Source: Cylindrospermopsis raciborskii Cr2010 (GTDB lineage: Bacteria; Cyanobacteriota; Cyanobacteriia; Cyanobacteriales; Nostocaceae). Taken from it: a stretch of 32,000 nucleotides of DNA. This document shows, piece by piece, positions 1 through 9,099 of this stretch. The DNA is taken from positions 1,230,001 through 1,262,000 of the forward strand of contig NZ_CP065936.1 in NCBI RefSeq assembly GCF_003367075.2, in the 5' to 3' direction. The notes under the pieces are model-generated. The model saw only the letters and a list, made by a program, of their open reading frames with translations, searched no databases and was not told where the DNA came from. Within the stretch, counting starts at the first letter, position 1; every line of letters starts with the position of its first letter. Position numbers and translations under genes: made by a program.

Positions 1-288
1 AATTTGGATACTTTAGATAAAATTACTAAAATACTAAGCTATGCTGAACCAAGACCTTCTTGGATCATTATGCGCACAGGAGAATTATTAAAATGGTATA
101 ATTCTGGCGCATACGATAGCCTAATTCAGGGAAATTTTACCTCCTCAGATTATGTACCAAAAACAGAAGAAGTGGAAGATTTAGATAGTATACAAAATAC
201 AGAAGATGGAGATCAGATCAAACACCCACAAAATCAGCAAAACAATCAGACAGGTTCAGAAGATTGGAATTTCATATCCTCTTGGTAA
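1..288 (+). CDS. hypothetical protein, C-terminal part (reading frame open to the left window edge)
   Basis: Frame 1 is open from nt 1 (the track starts it at TTG nt 4) to the stop at 286-288. The tail is acidic and Gln/Asn-rich. No family recognised. It may be the 3' end of a gene starting upstream. Confidence 0.3.
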   Translation, partial: NLDTLDKITKILSYAEPRPSWIIMRTGELLKWYNSGAYDSLIQGNFTSSDYVPKTEEVEDLDSIQNTEDGDQIKHPQNQQNNQTGSEDWNFISSW

Positions 289-361
289 TGGTAATATTTC
301 CATATACACGCGGAGGCGAGCTAAAATGTCATGTATTAACCTAGGGATAAGTTCAATGAAG

Positions 362-781
362 TCAAATATTGAATATTTCCAAGATTTGTCTACAAATGTG
401 TTTAAGTTTTTCTCCAACTACACTAGAGGGTGTGGGTTCGCCCACAAAACTCCACTGTTCTATGGTAGAAAGTCGCCATACTTGACCTCGATGGTCAAAT
501 CCTGATACTTCAACACCTATAGCTTTGGATTGTTGATTAATGGGATCTTGATGAAAGCGAATTTGGATTAACACACTACGACTGCGCCAAGACCTGCTGA
601 TTCCGGGAAAGTGAAAACCTATATCAATGGAATCAGGATCCACTAGTTGTCTGGTCTCACGGTCATTTTGCCAAGGTTTTAGATCGCTTTTGGCATCAGG
701 AAATTGTAATTTAAACAAGTTGACTACGGTAGCAATCTTACTAGCTATTTCAAAGTTGGTTGCTTGTTCCGATGCGTTCAC
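362..781 (-). CDS. hypothetical protein (139 aa)
   Basis: Clean ATG-to-stop ORF with no competing ORF of comparable quality. No motif recognised. Confidence 0.45.
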   Translation of the reverse strand: MNASEQATNFEIASKIATVVNLFKLQFPDAKSDLKPWQNDRETRQLVDPDSIDIGFHFPGISRSWRSRSVLIQIRFHQDPINQQSKAIGVEVSGFDHRGQVWRLSTIEQWSFVGEPTPSSVVGEKLKHICRQILEIFNI

Positions 782-944
782 GTCAAGACTCTCCTAATAT
801 TACATTGGACTGGTTTGCTAGGGAATCAGTGAAAAAATTCAGCAAAATTCCTCCAAAAACTTTCCCACTGTAGAATGAGAAATTACAGTACCGATCTAAA
901 ATAAATCTGTCAATTGCTTAACAAACACTAAATTAATTTTCTTT

Positions 945-1403
945 ATGGTGCGTCAACGCCCTATTCTATCACTGATTCTTGTACTATTGACCACGTTTTT
1001 GATCAGTTGCAGCAGTCCTACTGTTGCAACTGCACCTCCCACCTATACACCAGAACAATTGGTAAAAGTGAGACAATATGTACCTGATATTCAGGCAGTA
1101 CAAAATCGATTTGAAGAACTAAAAAGTCTGATTACCAGTAGTGAGTGGATTAAAGTGGGTAATTTTATTCATGGTCCGGTAACAGAAGCTAGACTCACTA
1201 TGACCTATGTTATCCCCAGTCTATTACCCCAAGACCAAGGTCAAGGAAGACAAATTACCAAGAACTTATTGAATCACTTAGTTAGAGTTGATCAAGCTGC
1301 TAATGCTGGTAATACTAAACTGGCATTGAGCAGCTATAAAGACGTTGTGGCAGACTTTAACCAGTTCTTACAACTGATTCCCCCAGCACCAACTCAGGAA
1401 TAA
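945..1403 (+). CDS. psbQ: photosystem II lumenal lipoprotein PsbQ (CyanoQ)-like
   Basis: 152 aa. Signal peptide ends in a lipobox (LLTTFLISC-SSP). Size, helical character and the motifs TYTPEQ, IHGP, LLPQDQ and DFNQFLQLIP match my recollection of cyanobacterial PsbQ (Sll1638 type). The call rests on memory, not a search. Confidence 0.55.
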   Translation: MVRQRPILSLILVLLTTFLISCSSPTVATAPPTYTPEQLVKVRQYVPDIQAVQNRFEELKSLITSSEWIKVGNFIHGPVTEARLTMTYVIPSLLPQDQGQGRQITKNLLNHLVRVDQAANAGNTKLALSSYKDVVADFNQFLQLIPPAPTQE

Positions 1404-1465
1404 CTCAATTGTCTCCATTGCAATCTGAGTCTTGAGTCACAAAACCCTAGTTTAATCAGGTGATA

Positions 1466-1490
1466 GGGTGAAGGGGTAAACTCTTCACCC
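1466..1490 (+). terminator. hairpin downstream of psbQ (possible weak terminator)
   Basis: gggtgaag (1466-1473) pairs with cttcaccc (1483-1490) around a 9-nt loop. No U-run follows, so terminator function is uncertain. Confidence 0.25.
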
Positions 1491-1509
1491 CTCACTATTT
1501 ACAAAGCTT

Positions 1510-2658
1510 ATGAATGTAGTAATTATCGGTTGTGGTGTAGTTGGAGCAGCGATCGCATATCAACTAAGTCAAATCAAAGGTTTAAATATCACTGTTTTTG
1601 AAAAAAACCAGCCAGCACAAGGTTCTACAGCAGCTGCTTTGGGTGTTTTAATGGGGGTAATTAGCCATAAAACCAAGGGTAAGGCCTGGCAAATTCGCGA
1701 GGAGAGTATTAAACGCTATCAAACCCTAATTCCAGAGCTGGAGGAGATAACAGGGCGAAAAATTCCCTGTAACCGTCAGGGTATTGTCATGTTACTATCA
1801 GAGGATCCCACTCACCCCCTAAAAAGCGGAGTGGAAGCAATGAGTGACTGGGAGGAATTACAACAGGTGCGCAAATCCCAAGGATGGGAGTTAAAGGTGT
1901 GGGATAGGGAGAAACTAGGGAATTTTTGCCCCCAGGTAAATAATCCTATGGTAATTGGTGCTGTTTATTCCCCTCAGGATTTACAGTTGAATCCCACAGC
2001 GTTAACCCTAGCATTGGTGGACGCAGCACAGCGTAATGGGGTACAATTCAAATTTGGAGTAGCAGTTCGCAATCACCAAGCACCATCTAGTCAAATCGTC
2101 CAGATTACACCCCATGTTCAGGAACAACTAAAATCTATTGACACTACAGAAGGTGTAGTTACAGCAGATTGGTTTATCATTACTGCTGGTTTGGGCACCA
2201 CTGCACTGACTAGACAATTAAATCATCAGGTGACTATTCGTCCAGTTTTAGGACAAGCATTATATTTGAGTTTAGGAAGGAGTTTAGGCAATCCTGATTT
2301 TCAACCGGTCATTACCGGTAATGATGTACATCTAGTACCCATGGGTAATGGAGATTATTGGGTGGGAGCTACAGTAGAATTCCCTAACGGAGAAGATGAT
2401 GTTCTACCTAGTAAGGAATTACTGGAACTAGTTAAACAACAGGCGATCGCTTTTTGTCCTGAATTAGCTTCGGCCAAGATTCTTCGCAGCTGGTCAGGAT
2501 TACGTCCTCGTCCAGAAGGTAGACCAGCACCAATAATTGAAAAATTAGCCAGTTATACTAATATAATTTTGGCAACGGGTCATTACCGTAATGGAGTATT
2601 ACTTGCACCTGCTACAGCTTCTGCAGTACATGATATGATTATTACCGTTACCCGTTAA
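1510..2658 (+). CDS. FAD-dependent oxidoreductase, DAO family (glycine oxidase ThiO-like)
   Basis: N-terminal Rossmann motif VVIIGCGVVGAAIAYQL. C-terminal WSGLRPRPEGRPAPII...ATGHYRNGVLLAPATA closely resembles the ThiO/DAO signature (GLRP...GHxRNGxxLAP). Confidence 0.8.
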   Translation: MNVVIIGCGVVGAAIAYQLSQIKGLNITVFEKNQPAQGSTAAALGVLMGVISHKTKGKAWQIREESIKRYQTLIPELEEITGRKIPCNRQGIVMLLSEDPTHPLKSGVEAMSDWEELQQVRKSQGWELKVWDREKLGNFCPQVNNPMVIGAVYSPQDLQLNPTALTLALVDAAQRNGVQFKFGVAVRNHQAPSSQIVQITPHVQEQLKSIDTTEGVVTADWFIITAGLGTTALTRQLNHQVTIRPVLGQALYLSLGRSLGNPDFQPVITGNDVHLVPMGNGDYWVGATVEFPNGEDDVLPSKELLELVKQQAIAFCPELASAKILRSWSGLRPRPEGRPAPIIEKLASYTNIILATGHYRNGVLLAPATASAVHDMIITVTR

Positions 2659-4814
2659 ATAGTTAAGCCTATTAGTTTAAATGCCTGCTGTATTTGGGAT
2701 GCAAGCTGTGTTTTTTGCGACTTGTTGTATAGTTTTATTGCCTGACTATATGCAGCTAGTATTTCTCGACTATTTTCCACTTCTCCATGTTGGTTTTTGG
2801 TATTGAGTAACACCCATCCCAAGTTGTGATATGCTTCGGCGTAATTATCTCTAAATTCAATTGATTTATCTAAAAAAGCCTTAGCTTGTTTCCATGATCC
2901 TAATTGGGCATATAAAGTACCTACTCTAAAATGAGAAAAAGCCAATAGGGAATTTTTTTCCCCATGGACGTGAATTTCATTCTGAATATGGGTTATGTAC
3001 TTATCATAGATCTCAATAGCAGCTTGATAATTCTTTAGACTCTCCTGAGTGACTGCATAATTCATTAGCACCCAACCAGGAACTGAAGTTTGTTGAATAG
3101 CTGTTTCAAAACTAACTGTAGAATCTTGCCATAGAAATTCGTTTGCTTGTTTCCAACCTTTTAAACCCCATGCTATGGCATTATTAGGTGATTTATCCAC
3201 AAACTCTTGTATTCTCAGATTAACATCATTAGCCTTTTTGGTAACCACTGACCTTTCTAAAGCCATGATTAAATAAGTATATAGAGTAGATTGTAGTTCC
3301 TGCTCATCATCATTGAGATTGGCTAATTGGGTTTGTAACTTATTTTGTAATTTAAAGAGGGCTTGACTAGATGTACGAATTACCAACTTCCACTCTTGTT
3401 GTTGTAGAAGTATCCATGCTTGTAAAGTTAGGGCAAATATAGAATCAGACTCTATTTGTAAAACCTTATCTATAATTGTTTTAGCCGCAGTTAAACTGCC
3501 TGACTTAGCTAATGCCCAAGCTAAATTTGTTTTTATCCACAGTTGGTCAGGTGATAAATTAGCTCCCTTTTGTAGATTAGTTACAGCATCTTGCCAATGG
3601 TTTTCACGACAATTAATTAACCCTAACACTCCATATCCTCTACCATCATTTGGTTGGAATTTAATGGCATTTGTAGCTGCTATCTTAGCTTGATTATGGT
3701 CTAGGTATACTTGTACCAATGCCAGTTCCACAAATGCTTGTGGACTACTACCTTGGACTTGTAGATATTTTTGATATACTTGCACAGCACCGATTAAATT
3801 ACCTTGTTTAACTAAGTCCTTGGCTTTTTGATGTTGGGGATAAACAAAATTACCTTGTATGGCCGCCATTAATTCCTGAGCAGTTTGAAATCTATCTTCC
3901 ACCTTAAATTCCATTCCTGTCAAGATAATTTTTTCCATTAAAGGAGTTATGTTAGAGTTGAGTTGTCGGGGAGGGATTAATGCGTCTGATTGGGTATTTT
4001 GCAAAAGTTGACTAGCTCTTTCTGTAGCTTCTGTTGGTAACTTTCCAGTTAGTAATTCATACATTGATGCACATAAAGCATACAAGTCAGTAGCAGGAAA
4101 ATTTCTACTTCTTTGGATATATTGTTCATAAGGTGCATATCCAGCGGTGAGAATTCTAGTCATGTCTCCTGTTTGACCAGCAATAAATTCCCTTGCTGCA
4201 CCAAAATCTATGAGTACAGCTCTATTTGGTGGAACAATGATAATGTTTTCCGGTTTAATATCCCGATGTAATAAATTGTGGTCATGAATAATTTGTAGAG
4301 CGGATGCTATTTGCCAGAAATAATCCTTCACCTTATTTTCTTGGAGAATTCCTTCCTGGAGGAGAATTTTATCTAAAGATTTACCATTGAGTAATTCCAT
4401 AACCATATATGCAGTATTATTTTCTGGGAAATACTCATAAATTTCCGCAATATGGGGATGTTTACACTGTTGTAAATAGTTGGCTTCCCACTGAAATTTT
4501 TGTAGTTGCTCCAGACGCTGTGCAGGAGTAATTGATGTGGGCCATAAAACACTATTTCCATGTCTAGCAGCTTTTTCTGGCCATAGTTCTTTGATAGCCA
4601 CCTGAGCAGAATTTATCAAAGAAGTTGCTGCATAAGTAATACCAAAACCACCTTGTCCTAAAATTCTTTCTATTCTATATCTACCACTACCAATTAATGT
4701 CCCCGGTGTTAAATGTAGATTGGATACAGTATTTTCAGGTATTAAAGGTGTGCCACAGGCAATACAACTAATGGCATTATCTGAATTATCGGTGAGACAG
4801 GTGGGACATTGCAT
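2655..4814 (-). CDS. Hanks-type Ser/Thr protein kinase with N-terminal zinc ribbon and C-terminal TPR-like repeats
   Basis: CPTC...CIAC zinc ribbon at aa 3-20. Glycine loop GQGGFG, VAIK (K75), HRDIKPEN (HRD at nt 4260-4268), DFG and GYAPYE are all intact. About 390 aa of helical TPR-like repeats follow the kinase domain. The stop overlaps the convergent 1510..2658 gene by 4 nt. Confidence 0.9.
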   Translation of the reverse strand: MQCPTCLTDNSDNAISCIACGTPLIPENTVSNLHLTPGTLIGSGRYRIERILGQGGFGITYAATSLINSAQVAIKELWPEKAARHGNSVLWPTSITPAQRLEQLQKFQWEANYLQQCKHPHIAEIYEYFPENNTAYMVMELLNGKSLDKILLQEGILQENKVKDYFWQIASALQIIHDHNLLHRDIKPENIIIVPPNRAVLIDFGAAREFIAGQTGDMTRILTAGYAPYEQYIQRSRNFPATDLYALCASMYELLTGKLPTEATERASQLLQNTQSDALIPPRQLNSNITPLMEKIILTGMEFKVEDRFQTAQELMAAIQGNFVYPQHQKAKDLVKQGNLIGAVQVYQKYLQVQGSSPQAFVELALVQVYLDHNQAKIAATNAIKFQPNDGRGYGVLGLINCRENHWQDAVTNLQKGANLSPDQLWIKTNLAWALAKSGSLTAAKTIIDKVLQIESDSIFALTLQAWILLQQQEWKLVIRTSSQALFKLQNKLQTQLANLNDDEQELQSTLYTYLIMALERSVVTKKANDVNLRIQEFVDKSPNNAIAWGLKGWKQANEFLWQDSTVSFETAIQQTSVPGWVLMNYAVTQESLKNYQAAIEIYDKYITHIQNEIHVHGEKNSLLAFSHFRVGTLYAQLGSWKQAKAFLDKSIEFRDNYAEAYHNLGWVLLNTKNQHGEVENSREILAAYSQAIKLYNKSQKTQLASQIQQAFKLIGLTI

Positions 4815-4853
4815 AGACTTTACTATTTATTGGTTTGCTTATTAACTAATGAT

Positions 4854-6635
4854 TTACCAACGACCTTGATTACTCGTAACCAAAAATCGTAACGCTAAGA
4901 GTGTGGCATTATCTAGTGCACCCCTTTCTAAAACTTGGTTAATAGTAAGGTTCACAGCTGTTTGCAAGTTAGATTCAGTGATGAAATTTGTGGCAAGTTG
5001 GTTTTTAGAAACTAAGTCCCAAACTCCATCAGAACAGAGTAGTATGATATCTTCATGTTCTAATCTCATTGTTAATTCTGAAGTAGTTTGTCTTAGATCT
5101 TGAACATAGCCATCACTCAATCTACTTTTTCCACCAATAGATTTAGTCAGAATATTTCTATCTGGATGTGTTGACAATTCCTCTTCCGTAATTTTTCCAC
5201 TAGCAAATAATAGTGCCACTAAAGAGTGATCTTGACTAAGTTGTTGAATTTCTCCTTGACGCAGTAAATAAATACGACTATCCCCCACATGACCAATCAT
5301 TAGTTGTTCCGAAAAAGCAAAAATAACACTTAAAGTTGTTCCCCCATCTTTTACTTGTGCAGAAACTTTCTCATTAGCTTGAACAAATAGGGAAGTTAGC
5401 CACTCTTGGCATTCCTCCTTGGTATGATTTTCTAAAGGTAAGGGAGATTCTAGCACGGTTTCTATAGCCAATTTACTCGCCAATTCCCCCTGAGACATTC
5501 CTCCCATACCATCCGCCATCCCAGCCAAAATTACCGTCCGGCGATCGCCACTATTTTGGTATTTAATCCCATAGTTATCTTCATTTTTCAAGCGATTAAT
5601 TGAGAGTCCTACAGTAGATAAACTTGCCATGTCCCAATAAATTTTGGGGATAGTCATCTCCTGTCGAGTACGGACTAATATTTTTAAAAACTGTTCCAAT
5701 GTAAATCTTTCTTCTGGTAAGTAAGATAGACAAATTTTTAGCAGTTGATAAACTCGAGGTATAGGATTGATTTGTATTTCTTGATTTGGGTTACTGGGTA
5801 AGTTTTTGTGATGAATTATTTGATATAATAATGCTCCTACTGTGTAACTGCTCATAGTTTCGTGAACAGGATATTTACCGTATGCCAATTCTGGAGCGCA
5901 ATAGTCACCTATAAACCCAAAATTGAGTAATTCTCCTACAGGAAAGACATTAGTCAGGTCAAAGAATTTAATTGGTGTTCCTGGTGTTCCTATTTGCATT
6001 AATTTGGGAACGAGATTAATAACACACCATCCTCTTTGATGAAGATAGCGAAACACTTGACAGATTTGGCTGGTAATTAACAAAGACTCTTCCAAACTAG
6101 GTTTATTATTCAGCCAAGTTTCCAAGGTTTTATTTTCATCGGGAAGATAGGTAAGAACCAGCAATTTTTCACTTAATACACTGGTAGTAATTTCCTGTTC
6201 TGGATAATATTCCTCCTCTAAATATTCCACCTCTTGATTGCTATCTATGGTGGTATTTGTATTTTCAGGATTTTGATTTTCTGTTGTGGTTAGTGCAACA
6301 TCCAAAACTTCCCAATCCATGATATTACCTGGGATATCATGAATATTATTAATGTTAATAACAACATTGTCTACAACAGTGTGTAATAGAACTTGGGAGA
6401 TCAACTGGTAATCTCCCAATTGGGTTCTCAATTGTAATTCTCGGTTAAGTGCACCATCAGTTGTACCTATCCTGAGTAAACCTGGTTTTGCATCACCTAC
6501 TATCCAAACTTGGAAATAATAAATATCAGGCGTAAATTGTCCTAAATAGGATATAATTTCTACTGGCAGAGCTTGGATGTGAAAACAGGTGTTTTCTTGA
6601 ATTATTAATGGTAACTGATTGGTATAATCGCTCAT
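4854..6635 (-). CDS. pseudokinase-like domain fused to a PP2C (PPM) Ser/Thr phosphatase
   Basis: The C-terminal ~250 aa carry PP2C motifs: NED, ADGMGG, GGTT, GDSR, CSDGVWD, DNAT. The middle region looks like a kinase C-lobe (YLHQRG..., DYCAPELAYG, ERF), but the catalytic loop reads WCVINLVPKL instead of HRDxKPxN and DFG reads DLT. I could not find a glycine loop or VAIK. Confidence 0.85.
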   Translation of the reverse strand: MSDYTNQLPLIIQENTCFHIQALPVEIISYLGQFTPDIYYFQVWIVGDAKPGLLRIGTTDGALNRELQLRTQLGDYQLISQVLLHTVVDNVVININNIHDIPGNIMDWEVLDVALTTTENQNPENTNTTIDSNQEVEYLEEEYYPEQEITTSVLSEKLLVLTYLPDENKTLETWLNNKPSLEESLLITSQICQVFRYLHQRGWCVINLVPKLMQIGTPGTPIKFFDLTNVFPVGELLNFGFIGDYCAPELAYGKYPVHETMSSYTVGALLYQIIHHKNLPSNPNQEIQINPIPRVYQLLKICLSYLPEERFTLEQFLKILVRTRQEMTIPKIYWDMASLSTVGLSINRLKNEDNYGIKYQNSGDRRTVILAGMADGMGGMSQGELASKLAIETVLESPLPLENHTKEECQEWLTSLFVQANEKVSAQVKDGGTTLSVIFAFSEQLMIGHVGDSRIYLLRQGEIQQLSQDHSLVALLFASGKITEEELSTHPDRNILTKSIGGKSRLSDGYVQDLRQTTSELTMRLEHEDIILLCSDGVWDLVSKNQLATNFITESNLQTAVNLTINQVLERGALDNATLLALRFLVTSNQGRW

Positions 6636-6656
6636 CTTTTTATTAAGTCATGCTAT

Positions 6657-7181
6657 CTAGCTGTTTTTAAAAACAAATTTAACCTTACCAAATGCAATTT
6701 CATCGTCTGGTTTTAGAGGAGTGGGGACAGTAATTCTAGCACTGAATCGTGTTTGTCCTTGACCTTTAATAAATACTCCATTGGTAGATCCTAAATCCTT
6801 GACCTTCCATATTCCCGCCTCCTGATAAATTTCCGCGTGGTTACGGGATACGGTGTCTCCACCAAGAAAGGTTTCCAAATCTATATCCACCGGGCCAGTA
6901 TCCTGGTCAAAAATACCGACTATGGCATTATTTTCCAGAATAAATTCCGGTATGGGAGCATTGATCTGTTTACAGACTAACCTAGCAGTTGCGGATGTCC
7001 TTGTAAGTGGTATGGTTGGTGAATAGCTATTATCTGATATTGGTGGTGGAGCTGGTTGAATAATGGTGGGTGGTATGATTGACGCTGTAGTGACAGCAAT
7101 TGGCAGTTCCGAACCACAAATACTGCAGAACTCTGTATTATCTGGGTTTTGGTCATATCCACAAGCTGTACAAGTGATCAT
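6657..7181 (-). CDS. zinc-ribbon + FHA domain protein
   Basis: N-terminal CTAC...CSIC zinc ribbon, then a Pro-rich linker. The C-terminal FHA pattern is VSRNHAEI...DLGSTNGVFIKG...GDEIAFG. Confidence 0.85.
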   Translation of the reverse strand: MITCTACGYDQNPDNTEFCSICGSELPIAVTTASIIPPTIIQPAPPPISDNSYSPTIPLTRTSATARLVCKQINAPIPEFILENNAIVGIFDQDTGPVDIDLETFLGGDTVSRNHAEIYQEAGIWKVKDLGSTNGVFIKGQGQTRFSARITVPTPLKPDDEIAFGKVKFVFKNS

Positions 7182-7235
7182 GGTCTTTTATCCTTATGAT
7201 GGTAGAGTTATGTTGAAATTGTACCAGAGAGATTC

Positions 7236-8627
7236 TTATGTTCCCGTAAGTTTTCGCATCTCCTCTTCTGAAAGCATATCATCAATATCATTACCCATTT
7301 TCACCGTTTTCCCTTTAGCACCCATTTTCACCGTCTTCCGAGTTCCCGATGAGATTTTTTTAGTCTTCCGCAATTCAGATTGGGCATTATTTAAAGATTC
7401 TGTCATTTCATTATTGCCAAGTTTCACTGTCATTCTTCTAGCTGTTTCTAATAATTCCTCTGCTTTTTGTGGATTCTTTTCTGCCATTTTGATAGATTGG
7501 TCAACCAGATTGGCAATATTGCATTGTTGGACATAGTCCATAACTTCTTGATTAACCTGAGCTGCATTATGTTGTCCAGCAAGAAATTGAATAATGAGAT
7601 TTTCTGGTGGTATTTCACCGCGCCTTTTTTCTCCAGGAATGTCATAGGTCAATCCCAGCTGAGCAATACGTACACGAGAAGCAGGACGGTTATTAACTGT
7701 AAATTCTAGGATGAAGATAGTTTCATCATGAGCAATAGCATTTCCCAAGGGAAAGGGATCTTGATTAATGGGAAATTCTGCTTGGGTAGGATAAGCACGA
7801 ACAATACGACTTAGTTCTACCCCCTTCACAGTTTTCACAGTTAAAGCTAGATTAGTGATTACCTCCTGTTGTGCTTCACTATATTCAGCAATAATCTTGC
7901 CAGGTAAATCTAGTATGGATGTTTCTGTACCTTTGGCGATTCCCGGTACCACATAAAATAGTTTTCCTCCCGTGCAGTCACTAAGATGGCTCAATAAATC
8001 TTCATTGAACTCTTCCCCCACTCCCAACGCGGTGACTGGTATATTACGGGTGGCGAAATCATTAGCAATTGATTGACACTGATCTTCATCAAATGTTTGT
8101 CCATCGGTGAATAATAGAACCCGTTTAACAGTCATTTCCTGTTCACTCAATATATCAAATGCACGCCGCAGTCCTAAACCCATGCGCGTACCACCAGAAA
8201 AATTTCTCAAGTTGTTAATGGCAGTTTCTAGTTTTTTAATTTCTGTAGCACTAGTTAGTCCAATAATTGAGGAAGCACTATCATTAAATTGCACTATAGC
8301 AATGCGATCTTGTTGTTTTAATCTCCCAGAATTAACTAAGGCTAATAGGGATTCAATCACTATGTCTATTTTTGATTTACCTCCTGTCACCTCCCGATAT
8401 TCTTTGCCATCCTGTTGATAGGTGACACCTGTAGGTTTACTCTCACCTGCAACCACTTCATACATGGATCCACTAGTATCAATAACAAAAGTAAAAGTAG
8501 TTGGTGGAAGACTGGTAGCTATATCTTTGAGAGGACGCAACTTGAGCATAACAAATAACTTTTGTCCTTCCGTATCCGCTGGCATAAATTCCCGATGGGG
8601 TGTAATACTAGTCTTAATGGCATTCAT
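7236..8627 (-). CDS. von Willebrand factor A (vWA) domain protein, cytoplasmic type
   Basis: MIDAS motif DTSGS at nt 8466-8480 (aa 50-54), with downstream GGT and TDG motifs. No signal peptide. The basic Thr/Lys-rich C-terminal tail contains a 9-aa tandem repeat. Confidence 0.85.
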   Translation of the reverse strand: MNAIKTSITPHREFMPADTEGQKLFVMLKLRPLKDIATSLPPTTFTFVIDTSGSMYEVVAGESKPTGVTYQQDGKEYREVTGGKSKIDIVIESLLALVNSGRLKQQDRIAIVQFNDSASSIIGLTSATEIKKLETAINNLRNFSGGTRMGLGLRRAFDILSEQEMTVKRVLLFTDGQTFDEDQCQSIANDFATRNIPVTALGVGEEFNEDLLSHLSDCTGGKLFYVVPGIAKGTETSILDLPGKIIAEYSEAQQEVITNLALTVKTVKGVELSRIVRAYPTQAEFPINQDPFPLGNAIAHDETIFILEFTVNNRPASRVRIAQLGLTYDIPGEKRRGEIPPENLIIQFLAGQHNAAQVNQEVMDYVQQCNIANLVDQSIKMAEKNPQKAEELLETARRMTVKLGNNEMTESLNNAQSELRKTKKISSGTRKTVKMGAKGKTVKMGNDIDDMLSEEEMRKLTGT

Positions 8628-8684
8628 TTTATCTTTCCTGAAGTTAATTTTTGAGATTAATTTTTGCAGTTAAACTACCAAGAC

Positions 8685-9071
8685 CTAAACAAAGTTTAAA
8701 GGTGGCAATACACCCGATTGGAGTTGTATATCTGATATATCTGGAGCAATCATTTGAGGAATTTCCTGATTGCCATCCTCCTCAAGTTGATCAATATTTT
8801 CATCAATCAGCAGTCTTAAATTAAGACTCAGAGAACTAAATCTATAACCGTGCTTAATATCCTGAGTCCAGGTTTGAATAATTCGATTTAGTTGATAATC
8901 CCTAATTGCTGACAGGCTAAGATCCTGTAATGTCTTACGAATCTTTTCTCTAACCAGAGGTGTAAACACTTTTTCGGGTGCATCTTCCTCCATATTGTTT
9001 AAATCTAAACTGTAACTGTACGATTCAGATGGTGAACCCTCTGGTTTGAGATGGAAAGTATATTTGACCAT
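8685..9071 (-). CDS. hypothetical acidic protein (128 aa), cluster-embedded orphan
   Basis: ATG-to-stop ORF, co-directional with both vWA genes and 28 and 57 bp from them. No recognisable motif. Confidence 0.55.
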   Translation of the reverse strand: MVKYTFHLKPEGSPSESYSYSLDLNNMEEDAPEKVFTPLVREKIRKTLQDLSLSAIRDYQLNRIIQTWTQDIKHGYRFSSLSLNLRLLIDENIDQLEEDGNQEIPQMIAPDISDIQLQSGVLPPLNFV

Positions 9072-9099
9072 TGTGCCAATTAAACAAGAATTTTGATAA

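Noticed and set aside
871-876. TAGAAT preceded by TG as an extended -10 promoter for psbQ
   Set aside because: The TG abuts the hexamer without the usual 1-nt spacer, and I found no convincing -35 box. It is too weak to list as a feature.
2655-2658. Convergent gene-end overlaps (1510..2658 with the kinase gene; metX with the ABC exporter at 23466-23488) as possible antisense regulation
   Set aside because: Short 3'-end overlaps of convergent genes are common in compact bacterial genomes. Nothing in the sequence suggests a special mechanism.
7063-8673. Plus-strand ORFs 7063-7536, 7467-7709, 8107-8418 and 8422-8673
   Set aside because: All are antisense to the FHA and vWA genes, and the first spans an intergenic gap. 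They have no motifs and are Ser/Phe/Leu-rich, typical of reverse-strand artefacts.
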